A DNA stretch of 27,387 bases from a virus (Duplodnaviria; Caudoviricetes), in the IMG/VR virus record IMGVR_UViG_3300037313_001273, positions 1 to 27,387 of that record; one strand, written 5' to 3'. The position numbers and the translations under genes were made by a program. The notes beneath the pieces are model-generated. The model saw only the letters and a program-made list of their open reading frames with translations, was not told the origin of the DNA and did not search any database. Positions 1 to 7,447 of the stretch are shown piece by piece (position 1 is the stretch's first letter; every line of letters begins with the position of its first letter).

Positions 1-35
1 GCGACAGAGCGGATGAGCTGCTGGCGGAGGGTCAT
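1..35 (-). CDS. 5' start of a leftward early gene (partial, MTLRQQLIRSV...)
   Basis: ATG at 35..33 overlaps the TGA of the 32..214 gene (ATGA coupling); frame is open to the window edge. Confidence 0.5.
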   Translation of the reverse strand, partial: MTLRQQLIRSV

Positions 36-214
36 GCCGCGCGCTTTCCGGCCAGCGTTTTGACCGTCAGTTCAAGCAGCGCCTCCTTCGCGGACGCGGC
101 CTCATCGCACGTGCAGGCCAGATGCTTGCGCATCGGATCGCGGCGCGCACGCTCGCCGACCCAGCCGATCAGGCCGTAGCAGTGCGGGCATTCATAGCGG
201 ATTTCGCGGGCCAT
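32..214 (-). CDS. Small Cys-rich leftward early protein (60 aa; CPHC and HxxCxC, possible Zn binding)
   Basis: ATG at 214 preceded by a GGGGAG RBS; first gene after the PL-like promoter/operator. Confidence 0.7.
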   Translation of the reverse strand: MAREIRYECPHCYGLIGWVGERARRDPMRKHLACTCDEAASAKEALLELTVKTLAGKRAA

Positions 215-248
215 CGGACTCCCCAAGCGGTTGCTTGAGGACGGTTAA

Positions 249-295
249 GCATATCAGAATATGCTATGCAAGCACTTTTTCACATTGCGATATGC
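249..295 (-). promoter_or_regulatory. Left operator pair / PL promoter
   Basis: GCATAT-CAGA-ATATGC with perfectly palindromic arms (249..264) and degenerate TCACAT-TGCG-ATATGC (280..295); TTGCAT -35-like hexamer next to the perfect site on the minus strand. Confidence 0.8.
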
Positions 296-302
296 TTTTC
301 GA

Positions 303-971
303 CTAAAGCGCTCGCGGCCGATAATCTCCGATGACGATTCCCTTGATCTCGATCGTGTCGATGTTCTCGGGCGGATTGTCGGTGTCGATGGGCTGCTGAT
401 GTTCCGGCTTGGTGGAGCGCGGCCAAAGCCACCGCTTGCCAGCGTCGTCGACGCGCAGCTCCTTCACGGTTGTTTCGATCTGACCGTCATGGCTATAAGC
501 ATAGACGATGACGTGATCCTCGTGCCGCGGCGGACGGAAGTCGAGGAAGTCCACCCATATGACCACGGCGCCAGGCCGATATTCCAAATCCATTGAATAG
601 CCGCGAACTTCCAAGGCTTTCGCGCGCCTTCTGAAACGCTGAGGCACAGGCACGTCCACTGAATACCAGCGCGAGCGATCCCACTCGACTGCCTCGTGGA
701 AGGCCCCCGCTTCTACCGAGCCACTAACCCAAATGGACGTCGGCGACGGTGGTTCCGGCGTATCCCCGCTGATGCGCCAAACCGGGACTTCCATAGTGCG
801 CGCCAGTTTCGCATAGGTTCGTGGGTCAAGCGCGTTCGAGTGGCCATTGATAAAATTGTAAATTGAATTTTTGTCGACGCCGGACTGTTTGGCCCAGCGC
901 GCGATCTTCAGCCCATGCTCTTTGATGAACGACCGCAAAATATCGCGACGCTCATCGGGCGTTCGCTCCAT
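303..971 (-). CDS. cI: CI-like phage repressor (XRE HTH + S24 peptidase domain)
   Basis: N-terminal HTH (IARWAKQSGVDKNSIYNF); C-terminal ALEVRGYSM (catalytic Ser) and TTVKEL (Lys); divergent from cro. Start could be 971, 983 or 1001. Confidence 0.9.
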   Translation of the reverse strand: MERTPDERRDILRSFIKEHGLKIARWAKQSGVDKNSIYNFINGHSNALDPRTYAKLARTMEVPVWRISGDTPEPPSPTSIWVSGSVEAGAFHEAVEWDRSRWYSVDVPVPQRFRRRAKALEVRGYSMDLEYRPGAVVIWVDFLDFRPPRHEDHVIVYAYSHDGQIETTVKELRVDDAGKRWLWPRSTKPEHQQPIDTDNPPENIDTIEIKGIVIGDYRPRAL

Positions 972-995
972 GCGTGAACGCATAGTGAAGCGGCC

Positions 996-1042
996 GCACA
1001 TGCTGGTATGATTTTGCGCTTGTATGGCATATCGAAATATGC
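996..1042 (+). promoter_or_regulatory. Right operator pair / PR promoter
   Basis: GCATAT-CGAA-ATATGC with perfectly palindromic arms (1027..1042) and degenerate GCACAT-GCTG-GTATGA (996..1011); TTGTAT -35-like hexamer at 1020..1025. Confidence 0.8.
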
Positions 1043-1055
1043 TTTTTAGCGCAGC

Positions 1056-1304
1056 ATGGTCACAGACTTCATCGAGCGCGTCCGCTCCGCCCTGAAACGG
1101 GACGGCGTGACAGCTGCCGGGCTGGCTAAGCGCGCCGGTCTGCATCGCAACACTCTCTATGGAGCCGGGGCTCAAGGCTGGAATCCTACTGCCGCGGTTC
1201 TCACCGCATTGGAACCGCACATTGAGGCGATCGAGCGCGGCGAATGGAAAGAGCCGCCCGCGGACGAACCCGCTCCCGAAGAGCCGAAAGCCAAAGCAGC
1301 ATGA
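1056..1304 (+). CDS. cro: Cro-like HTH regulator
   Basis: 82 aa with HTH TAAGLAKRAGLHRNTLY; divergent from cI. Confidence 0.85.
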   Translation: MVTDFIERVRSALKRDGVTAAGLAKRAGLHRNTLYGAGAQGWNPTAAVLTALEPHIEAIERGEWKEPPADEPAPEEPKAKAA

Positions 1305-1335
1305 ACCCGGCGCGTCTTAACCCCGCGTGCCGGTT

Positions 1336-1377
1336 GGACGGCGACCAACGTTGCCCCACATCGAATGGTCGCCGTCC
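1336..1377 (+). promoter_or_regulatory. Stem-loop after cro (terminator or antitermination site)
   Basis: Perfect 12-bp stem GGACGGCGACCA / TGGTCGCCGTCC with an 18-nt loop; no strong U-tract. Confidence 0.5.
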
Positions 1378-1413
1378 TTCACACGCCTCTAGCCCAACCG
1401 GGAGCTGACCGGA

Positions 1414-1692
1414 ATGGGGGAGGCTTTGACGATCCTGCTTTGCCTCGCGCTGGTCGCGCTCGCGATCTGGGGCCTTGATTGGGTCGACCGTGTATTTCGC
1501 CAGATCGAGGCTGAGGAGCGCGCCGCGAACGCGCTGCCGTGGGGCGAGGTTGTCGAGCTTCCCCGAGAGGCAATAATCGGCGGCCCGGCGAAGAGGAGCC
1601 GAGGGACCGGGGAGGAGGTCGGAGCGCCGACCGAGCCGCCGAAAACGCATCACATCACCCATGTTCTTCCGCATGGTCGGGGGGACAGATAG
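1414..1692 (+). CDS. Hypothetical protein with an N-terminal transmembrane helix
   Basis: Hydrophobic LTILLCLALVALAIWGL; stop overlaps the next GTG start. Confidence 0.65.
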   Translation: MGEALTILLCLALVALAIWGLDWVDRVFRQIEAEERAANALPWGEVVELPREAIIGGPAKRSRGTGEEVGAPTEPPKTHHITHVLPHGRGDR

Positions 1693-2033
1693 TGGCGACG
1701 GCCGCTAATATCTTCGCGTTATTCGGCGTCGGCCTGAGAAAATCTTGCCAGATCGCCCTCTCCCGCGCCGTGCAGAGCGTGCAGCTGGCCGAGGGTTTCA
1801 GCGACGACGAGATGGCGGAAGTGTTGGGCTGCGAGCGCGGCACTGTTCGCAACGTGCGCGAGCAAAACACGCTGCTCGAGTTCGACAAGATCGTGCGGCT
1901 GCTCGGGCGCTATCCCAGCCATTGCGAGGAAATTCGCCAGCTTTGGCTGAACATTCCGACCGAGCCCGAAACGCCTTCTGAGAAGCGGCGTCGGCTGATC
2001 CGCGAACTGCAAGCGCTTGAAGATGTGAACTGA
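1692..2033 (+). CDS. CII-like HTH transcriptional regulator
   Basis: HTH SDDEMAEVLGCERGTVRNVRE; located downstream of cro; GTG start overlaps the upstream TAG. Confidence 0.65.
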   Translation: MATAANIFALFGVGLRKSCQIALSRAVQSVQLAEGFSDDEMAEVLGCERGTVRNVREQNTLLEFDKIVRLLGRYPSHCEEIRQLWLNIPTEPETPSEKRRRLIRELQALEDVN

Positions 2034-2070
2034 GTACCCGGCGTTCGCGCCGGCGGGGAGTGAGTTGAAC

Positions 2071-2238
2071 ATGGCCAGTGCAAAGAACGAAGCGCGTCCG
2101 GTTGAGGCCGAGGCGCGGGTGGGGTTCTGGACCCTGCGCGCGCCGCTTCCGAGCGAGGCGTGGAACAGGCCGACTCCGCTGCCGAGCAAAGCCTTCCGCG
2201 CGAGCGTGGCGAGGAGCCGGAAGGACCAGAAAGGATGA
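2071..2238 (+). CDS. Small hypothetical protein (55 aa, MASAKNEARP...; not in the ORF track)
   Basis: GGGGAG RBS upstream; TGA overlaps the ATG of the next gene. Confidence 0.55.
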   Translation: MASAKNEARPVEAEARVGFWTLRAPLPSEAWNRPTPLPSKAFRASVARSRKDQKG

Positions 2239-2747
2239 GCGTCTATTTCATTACCGCTCGCGAACTTGGAAGAGTGAAGATCGGCTTTACGGCTGGCGAC
2301 CCCGATGTTCGCAGAGCTGCCCTGCAAGTTGGCTGTCCCTCTCGCCTGAGGCTTGAGGCAGTCATTCCAGGGCATGTCGTCGCCGAGGCTGAACTGCATC
2401 ATCGCTTCGCGGATCATCGCATCGTCGGCGAATGGTTCGCTCTCACGGACGATATCGAGCAAATCATCGCCGGCGCGCCAGCTGAACTGCGAACGCAGGA
2501 GCAGATCGACAGGGATAGGGCTGCTGAACTGCTGCAGTTTGTAGAGCGCATTGAGACACTCGACGAGCGGTTGCGCATCCTAGCACGAGAGCTTGCCGCC
2601 ACCTACGCAGAGGCCAAGGCCGCAGGTTTCGACAAGTCCCTGATCAAGCATCTGATGCGGATCCGTGAGATGAATCCGGCCGAGCGCGCCAAACTCGATT
2701 CTCACGGGCTGCTTCCCGTTTATTCGCAAGCGCTGATGGCGGCCTGA
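2235..2747 (+). CDS. T5orf172/MUG113-type GIY-YIG nuclease fused to a GapR/DUF2312 DNA-binding domain
   Basis: N-terminal VYFI..VKIGFT..R..LQVGCP..E..LH..F..GEWF; C-terminal LLQFVERIETL..YAEAKAAGFDKSLIKHLMRIR. Confidence 0.8.
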   Translation: MSVYFITARELGRVKIGFTAGDPDVRRAALQVGCPSRLRLEAVIPGHVVAEAELHHRFADHRIVGEWFALTDDIEQIIAGAPAELRTQEQIDRDRAAELLQFVERIETLDERLRILARELAATYAEAKAAGFDKSLIKHLMRIREMNPAERAKLDSHGLLPVYSQALMAA

Positions 2748-2748
2748 C

Positions 2749-3102
2749 GTGATCGAGCTTCCGTTCCCTCCTGCATCGCTCAGCGGCCACAACAAGGGCC
2801 ACTGGCACGCGAAGAGCGGCATCGTCGCCAAGCACCGCGGATGGGCGCTCAGGGCCACGCTGGCCGTCCGCAATCAAGTTTCTGTCCCGCTGGCCGACGA
2901 CAGCGACATTCGCGTCTCGGTGACGTTCTATCCGCCGGACAGGCGCGGCGATCGGGTGAACTTCCCCAACCGGATGAAGCCTTATTGGGATGGCATCGCC
3001 GACGCGCTGTGCGTGAACGACAAGCGATTCCTGCCGGCGTTCCATTTCGCCGAGCCTGTGAAGAATGGGCGGGTCGTCATTGTGATCGGCGGATCCGCAT
3101 GA
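2749..3102 (+). CDS. RusA-like Holliday junction resolvase
   Basis: IELPFPP..S.HN, VTFYPPDRRGDRVN, K..WDGIADAL.VND motifs. Confidence 0.75.
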   Translation: MIELPFPPASLSGHNKGHWHAKSGIVAKHRGWALRATLAVRNQVSVPLADDSDIRVSVTFYPPDRRGDRVNFPNRMKPYWDGIADALCVNDKRFLPAFHFAEPVKNGRVVIVIGGSA

Positions 3103-3263
3103 CCCGCGTCGTCCACATCGACCGTCGCCCGCGCCGCGATTCTGGCACCGCGACCGGCCTCGACCTGATGCTGCACCTATCCGAGCTCGCCCGGCAGACA
3201 CGGGCGCCCGGACAGACGCTGCAGTCGCGGCTCAATGAATTGCGGCGGGAGGTCGGGGCGTGA
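3099..3263 (+). CDS. Small hypothetical protein (54 aa)
   Basis: Coupled at both ends (ATGA and GTGA overlaps). Confidence 0.6.
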   Translation: MTRVVHIDRRPRRDSGTATGLDLMLHLSELARQTRAPGQTLQSRLNELRREVGA

Positions 3264-4303
3264 GCATTCGCATTCTCATCGGCGACTGCCGCGAGAAGCT
3301 GCGGAAGCTGCCCGATGGCAGCGTGCATTGCTGTGTCACATCGCCGCCTTACTTCGGGCTTCGCGACTACGGCGTTGAGGGGCAGATGGGCCTTGAACCG
3401 ACGCCTGACGAGTTCGTGGCCGGCATGGTCGAGGTGTTCCGCGAAGTGCGGCGCGTGCTGCGCGATGACGGAACGCTGTGGCTGAATATCGGCGATAGCT
3501 ACGCTGGCTCGTGGGGCGCACAGAGCCGGGGTAACGAAACTGGCGAGCGCTCATCAACCATCCAAGGCGGATCGATGCTGTCCGCGCGCCAGATCGAGGC
3601 GCACCCCAAAGGCACACAAACCGGCAGTTTGAAAAACACGCCGGGATGCAAGCCGAAAGACCTAATCGGCATTCCGTGGATGCTCGCCTTCGCGCTTCGC
3701 GCCGATGGCTGGTTCCTGCGCCAGGACATTATCTGGTCGAAGCCGAACCCCATGCCCGAGAGCGTGCGCGACCGCTGCACGAAGGCGCACGAGTATCTGT
3801 TCCTGCTGAGCAAGTCGCAGCGGTATTACTACGATGCAGAGGCAATTGCTGAAACGGTCTCCGATGCGACCGTTGCGCGGCTCGCGCAGAACGTAGAGCC
3901 GCAGACTGGCAGCGACCGAGTTCCGGGTAAAACAAATGGACGAATGAAGGCGGTAGGGCGTCCCGGTCCTAATGCCAACAGCAGCCTGCAAATGAGCGGC
4001 AAGGGCGGCTTTGTTGTGGAGCGTCGCAACAAGCGCAGCGTTTGGGAAGTCGCCACTCAGCCGTTCAGCGAAGCGCACTTTGCCACCTATCCGCCGGCGC
4101 TGATCGAGCCGTGCATCCTCGCGGGCTGTCCCGTTGACGGCACTGTGCTGGACCCGTTCGGCGGCGCGGGAACGACCGGGCTAGTCGCTGACAGGCTCGG
4201 CCGCGATGCAATCCTAATCGAGCTCAACCCCGATTATGCCGCGATAGCCGAGCGCCGGTTGAACGCCGATGCACCGCTCCTCGCAGACGTGCGTGCAGCA
4301 TGA
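3260..4303 (+). CDS. Orphan N4-C/N6-A DNA methyltransferase (beta class)
   Basis: Catalytic TSPPY motif precedes the SAM-binding VLDPFGGAGTT motif; HFATYP. Confidence 0.93.
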   Translation: MSIRILIGDCREKLRKLPDGSVHCCVTSPPYFGLRDYGVEGQMGLEPTPDEFVAGMVEVFREVRRVLRDDGTLWLNIGDSYAGSWGAQSRGNETGERSSTIQGGSMLSARQIEAHPKGTQTGSLKNTPGCKPKDLIGIPWMLAFALRADGWFLRQDIIWSKPNPMPESVRDRCTKAHEYLFLLSKSQRYYYDAEAIAETVSDATVARLAQNVEPQTGSDRVPGKTNGRMKAVGRPGPNANSSLQMSGKGGFVVERRNKRSVWEVATQPFSEAHFATYPPALIEPCILAGCPVDGTVLDPFGGAGTTGLVADRLGRDAILIELNPDYAAIAERRLNADAPLLADVRAA

Positions 4304-4368
4304 CCGCCTTCGTCGCCCCGTCCTCCACCAGCGAGCCCCACATGGCGGGCGGCGCGGCGATACGGTGA
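4300..4368 (+). CDS. Possible 22-aa coupling peptide or gene remnant
   Basis: ATGA overlap with the methyltransferase stop and GTGA overlap with the next start. Confidence 0.35.
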   Translation: MTAFVAPSSTSEPHMAGGAAIR

Positions 4369-4727
4369 GCGGGTATGTCTATTTTATCACGACGGCCGAG
4401 GCCGAGCGCGTGAAGATCGGGTACACGAAGAACAACCCGCAGGCCCGCTTGCGCGACCTCCAGGTCGGCTCTCCGGTAAAGCTTTGCATCATTGCGACGC
4501 AGCGCGGATCATGTTCTCTCGAGCGAGAGCTGCACGGTGAATTTGATCAGTATCGCCTCCACGGCGAATGGTTCGAGCTCGCGAGTCCGATCGCGCAGCG
4601 AATTGCGGAGCTGAACAGAAAGGCGTTCGCCGAGGCGGAGGCTGCGGGAGCCTACGCGCCGAAGTGGGTCCGCATGTTCCACGCCTTCGAGTGCGGCGCA
4701 TCTCCAGAAGAAGCGGACGCTGCATAA
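4365..4727 (+). CDS. T5orf172/MUG113-type GIY-YIG nuclease
   Basis: GYVYFI..VKIGYT..P..RL..LQVGSP..E.ELH..F..R..GEWF. Confidence 0.85.
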   Translation: MSGYVYFITTAEAERVKIGYTKNNPQARLRDLQVGSPVKLCIIATQRGSCSLERELHGEFDQYRLHGEWFELASPIAQRIAELNRKAFAEAEAAGAYAPKWVRMFHAFECGASPEEADAA

Positions 4728-5533
4728 TGGCCGAGTTTCCCGCCCTTCCGCTGTGGACCGACGCCTATCTCGGCGACACCACGCACCTGAATGCGATCCA
4801 GCATGGCGCATACCTGCTACTGCTGATGACGGCGTGGCGCAGCTCCTCCTGCTCGCTTCCCGACGACGACAAGCTGCTCGCCAGATATGCTCGCTGCTCA
4901 GCCGCTCAATGGCGGTCGCTCAGGCCGGTCATGGCCGAGTTTTTCACCATCGAAAACGGCCGCTGGACGCAGGGTAGACTCACAGATGAGTTTCAGGCCG
5001 CCGTGGATAGGCGTGAAAAGGCTGCTGCGAACGGGCGTGCTAGTGCATTGAAAAGAAAGGGAAGGCACTCAGCAAAGCGTAAGCAGAGCGTGAACGGTGC
5101 GTCAGCGAAGCGTGAGCCGAGCGAGAACTTAACCATTAACCCTGAACACTCTTCCGAAGATAAATCTTCGGGGGCCGAGCCCCTGCAAATTGATCCGGTC
5201 AAGGAGATGTTCGACCTCGGCGTCTCGATCCTGACCGATACCGGCATGACCGAGCGGGAAGCGCGTTCGCTCGTTGGCAAATGGCGCAAGAGCCGAAGCC
5301 CAGGCGAGGTCATCACGGCCCTTCTGGAATGCCGAGCGCAGGCGATCAGTGAGCCCGTCGAATGGCTGACCAAACGGCTGCAGCCCGCGCGGTACGTTTC
5401 GAAGAGCGGCTACGAGTACCGCGGCGACATCGAGGCTGTGATCCGCGAGGCTGAACGGCGCGGCGATAACGACACCTATTGGGCTGCGAAGGCGGACTTG
5501 AAGCGCACCTCAGCGGGATTGGCGAGCGGGTAG
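4727..5533 (+). CDS. DUF1376/YdaU-family replication initiator (lambda O analogue)
   Basis: PALPLWTDAYLGDTTHL..HGAYLLLLM..W..LPDDD..LAR; internal iterons. Confidence 0.85.
   Translation: MAEFPALPLWTDAYLGDTTHLNAIQHGAYLLLLMTAWRSSSCSLPDDDKLLARYARCSAAQWRSLRPVMAEFFTIENGRWTQGRLTDEFQAAVDRREKAAANGRASALKRKGRHSAKRKQSVNGASAKREPSENLTINPEHSSEDKSSGAEPLQIDPVKEMFDLGVSILTDTGMTEREARSLVGKWRKSRSPGEVITALLECRAQAISEPVEWLTKRLQPARYVSKSGYEYRGDIEAVIREAERRGDNDTYWAAKADLKRTSAGLASG
5069..5147. repeat. Putative replication origin iterons
   Basis: Five tandem 11-bp units (consensus AGCnnAGCGTn, 5071..5125); 27-bp imperfect repeat at 5069..5095 and 5102..5128; followed by an A/C-rich tract. Confidence 0.65.
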
Positions 5534-5544
5534 GGAGGGAAGAT

Positions 5545-6114
5545 GTGGAGACCGGCGATTGGTTCATCTTGCGCACGGCCGGGCGCTCGACGCTCGTACT
5601 CGCGAAGAGCCTCGCGGAGGACGGCTTCGAAGCGTGGACGCCGGTCGCGACGCAGATCGTCCGCGTTCCTCGAATGAACGCCAGACGCGAGATCAGGCTT
5701 CCGCTGCTTCCGTCGTTCGTGTTCGTCAGGGCGAACCACCTGCAGGATCTGCTGCAGCTCGCACGAATGCACGAACGACCACGCCGCGGCTCAACTGGAC
5801 GGTCGCCGGCGCATCGTTCGTTCAGCGTGTTCCACTACCTCGACAGCATCCCACTGATCCACGACAAGCACCTCGAGCCGCTGCGCCTGAAGGAACGCGA
5901 GGCAGTGCCGAAGAGCATCCGGCCAGGCTTCAACCGCGGCGCCAATGTGCGGGTCACCAATGGCGCATTCCAGGGTTTGAAGGGCAAGGTCGAGCGCAGC
6001 AAATCGGGCTATGCGATCGTGATCTTCAGCGATTGGAAACGGCCGGTGAAAATTCCTACTTTCCTTTTGGCCGAAGATGAGGCACTTTCCTCCGACGTCG
6101 CGAAAGCGGCATGA
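5545..6114 (+). CDS. NusG-family antitermination factor (NGN + KOW), late regulator in place of Q
   Basis: WFILRT..PLLPSFVFV (NGN) and GANVRVTNGAFQGLKGKV (KOW); GGAGG RBS before the GTG. Confidence 0.88.
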   Translation: METGDWFILRTAGRSTLVLAKSLAEDGFEAWTPVATQIVRVPRMNARREIRLPLLPSFVFVRANHLQDLLQLARMHERPRRGSTGRSPAHRSFSVFHYLDSIPLIHDKHLEPLRLKEREAVPKSIRPGFNRGANVRVTNGAFQGLKGKVERSKSGYAIVIFSDWKRPVKIPTFLLAEDEALSSDVAKAA

Positions 6115-6265
6115 GACGGTGATGCCAAGCTTCCGGACCATTGAGTCCGCTATCCTCGCGAGAGGCAGCTTCTCTCACCGCCGACCTTCACGTCCGGCGC
6201 GACCGGAGGGAGGTTTATACGCTGAAGAGGCGGGCCGAGAAGCCGTTGGAGCGGCAACTCAGCCC
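6097..6265 (+). promoter_or_regulatory. Multi-hairpin structured leader / candidate cis-acting RNA
   Basis: GTCGC-GAAA-GCGGC, CCTC-GCGA-GAGG, GGAC..GTCC, closing CGGTGA/TCACCG, TCCGG..CCGGA and the 6232..6265 hairpin. Confidence 0.45.
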
Positions 6266-6291
6266 TGACCAAACGAACGTTGGAGGTTCGA

Positions 6292-6819
6292 GTGGCTCAT
6301 TATGGAATACCCCAACCGAACCGTCTTGCTCAACTACCAGCGGAGATCGTGACCGGGATTTATTTCCTCTGGTTCGGAAACGAGATTGTCTACGTCGGGC
6401 AATCGCGGAACATTACCCAGCGCGTCTTTCAGCACGTTCAAGATGGAACGAAGCGCTTCGACGGACTATCGTTTCTTCCGGTTAAGCCGTCGCTTCTGAA
6501 CAAATTCGAGAGGCGCTACATTGAACGGCTGCTGCCGCGGTATAACCAATGCGGCATCGCGAGAGCGGCTAGGCTGCTTCGAAGCCACGGGCACGCCGGA
6601 CCATTGTCGCTCCCGAGCGGAACGCTGAACGACTATGAGGCAGCAGACTACCTCGGCATTACTGTCGAGAGCCTGATCGCCTTGAACCTTGTTGAAGCGA
6701 GGCGCGTCCGGAAGCCGAGAAGCAATGTCCGCAGGCAGGTTCGGCGCTACGCTGCGAACGACCTGTTAGCATGGTCTGAGGCCAATGCTGATCTGCTCCG
6801 CTCATTGCAAGCAGGATAA
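6292..6819 (+). CDS. GIY-YIG endonuclease with a C-terminal HTH
   Basis: GIYFL..IVYVGQS.N..R..H..E..I..P.YN; HTH EAADYLGITVESL; GGAGG RBS. Confidence 0.8.
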   Translation: MAHYGIPQPNRLAQLPAEIVTGIYFLWFGNEIVYVGQSRNITQRVFQHVQDGTKRFDGLSFLPVKPSLLNKFERRYIERLLPRYNQCGIARAARLLRSHGHAGPLSLPSGTLNDYEAADYLGITVESLIALNLVEARRVRKPRSNVRRQVRRYAANDLLAWSEANADLLRSLQAG

Positions 6820-6938
6820 CCACCCTTTCAGGCGTGTCACCGCACTGCTCGAACCCGCCGCCCACACGAGCCACACTCTGACTGCTCCCCTCGGAAACAG
6901 GCTGCGTTGTCGGTGCGGCGGGAACCATTGGAGGCCGC

Positions 6939-7223
6939 ATGGTAGCGCAGCGGCAGGATTATGATCGTTGGTACAAAACGGCCCGCTGGCAGCGATTGCG
7001 ACGCGAGCAGCTAAACAAAGAGCGGTTCTGTCGGATGTGTCTTCCAGTCTTAGTGCCGGCGACGATCTGCGATCACGTCGAGCCCCACAAGGGTGATGAA
7101 GCAAAATTTTGGAGCGGCCCATTTCAATCGCTCTGCAAGCTTCACCACGACAGCGACAAGAAGCGAATTGAGCATGGCGGAACGCCGAAGCCCGTGATCG
7201 GCGTCGACGGATGGCCTGCATGA
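6939..7223 (+). CDS. HNH endonuclease (HK97 gp74-like, packaging associated)
   Basis: WQRLR..CRMC..ATICDHVEPHKGD..QSLCKLHHD..K; upstream of terminase; GGAGG RBS. Confidence 0.88.
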   Translation: MVAQRQDYDRWYKTARWQRLRREQLNKERFCRMCLPVLVPATICDHVEPHKGDEAKFWSGPFQSLCKLHHDSDKKRIEHGGTPKPVIGVDGWPA

Positions 7224-7408
7224 GGAGAGGGTTCGTGGCCGACTTTTCTGGATCGACAGTGTCCAAGGACGAGATGCAGCAGATGGTCGAGATTATGAGA
7301 AGGCCGTCGACGATTCCGCTCACGCCTTTCGGGCAAGCGCGGAAAGCAAGCCACGAGCGAAAACTGCCTAAATGGCGGCGAGCATTGCTCTGGCTGAAGG
7401 CGATCTAG
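7220..7408 (+). CDS. Small hypothetical protein (62 aa)
   Basis: ATGA overlap with the HNH gene. Confidence 0.5.
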   Translation: MRRGFVADFSGSTVSKDEMQQMVEIMRRPSTIPLTPFGQARKASHERKLPKWRRALLWLKAI

Positions 7409-7447
7409 CCTGAGTTTCAAACGCGTTCGATTCACCTGACAATTTTC

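Noticed and set aside
972-1220. N-terminal extension of the 305-aa cI ORF
   Set aside because: Overlaps cro and the operators; the HTH begins only after about 971
1301-1408. 35-aa ORF coupled to cro (MNPARLNPAC...)
   Set aside because: Coincides with the hairpins and has no recognisable features; more likely non-coding, though not excluded
3260-4727. Methyltransferase plus adjacent GIY-YIG as a type II restriction-modification system
   Set aside because: The methyltransferase looks like a common orphan phage type and the T5orf172 protein has no evident specificity domain
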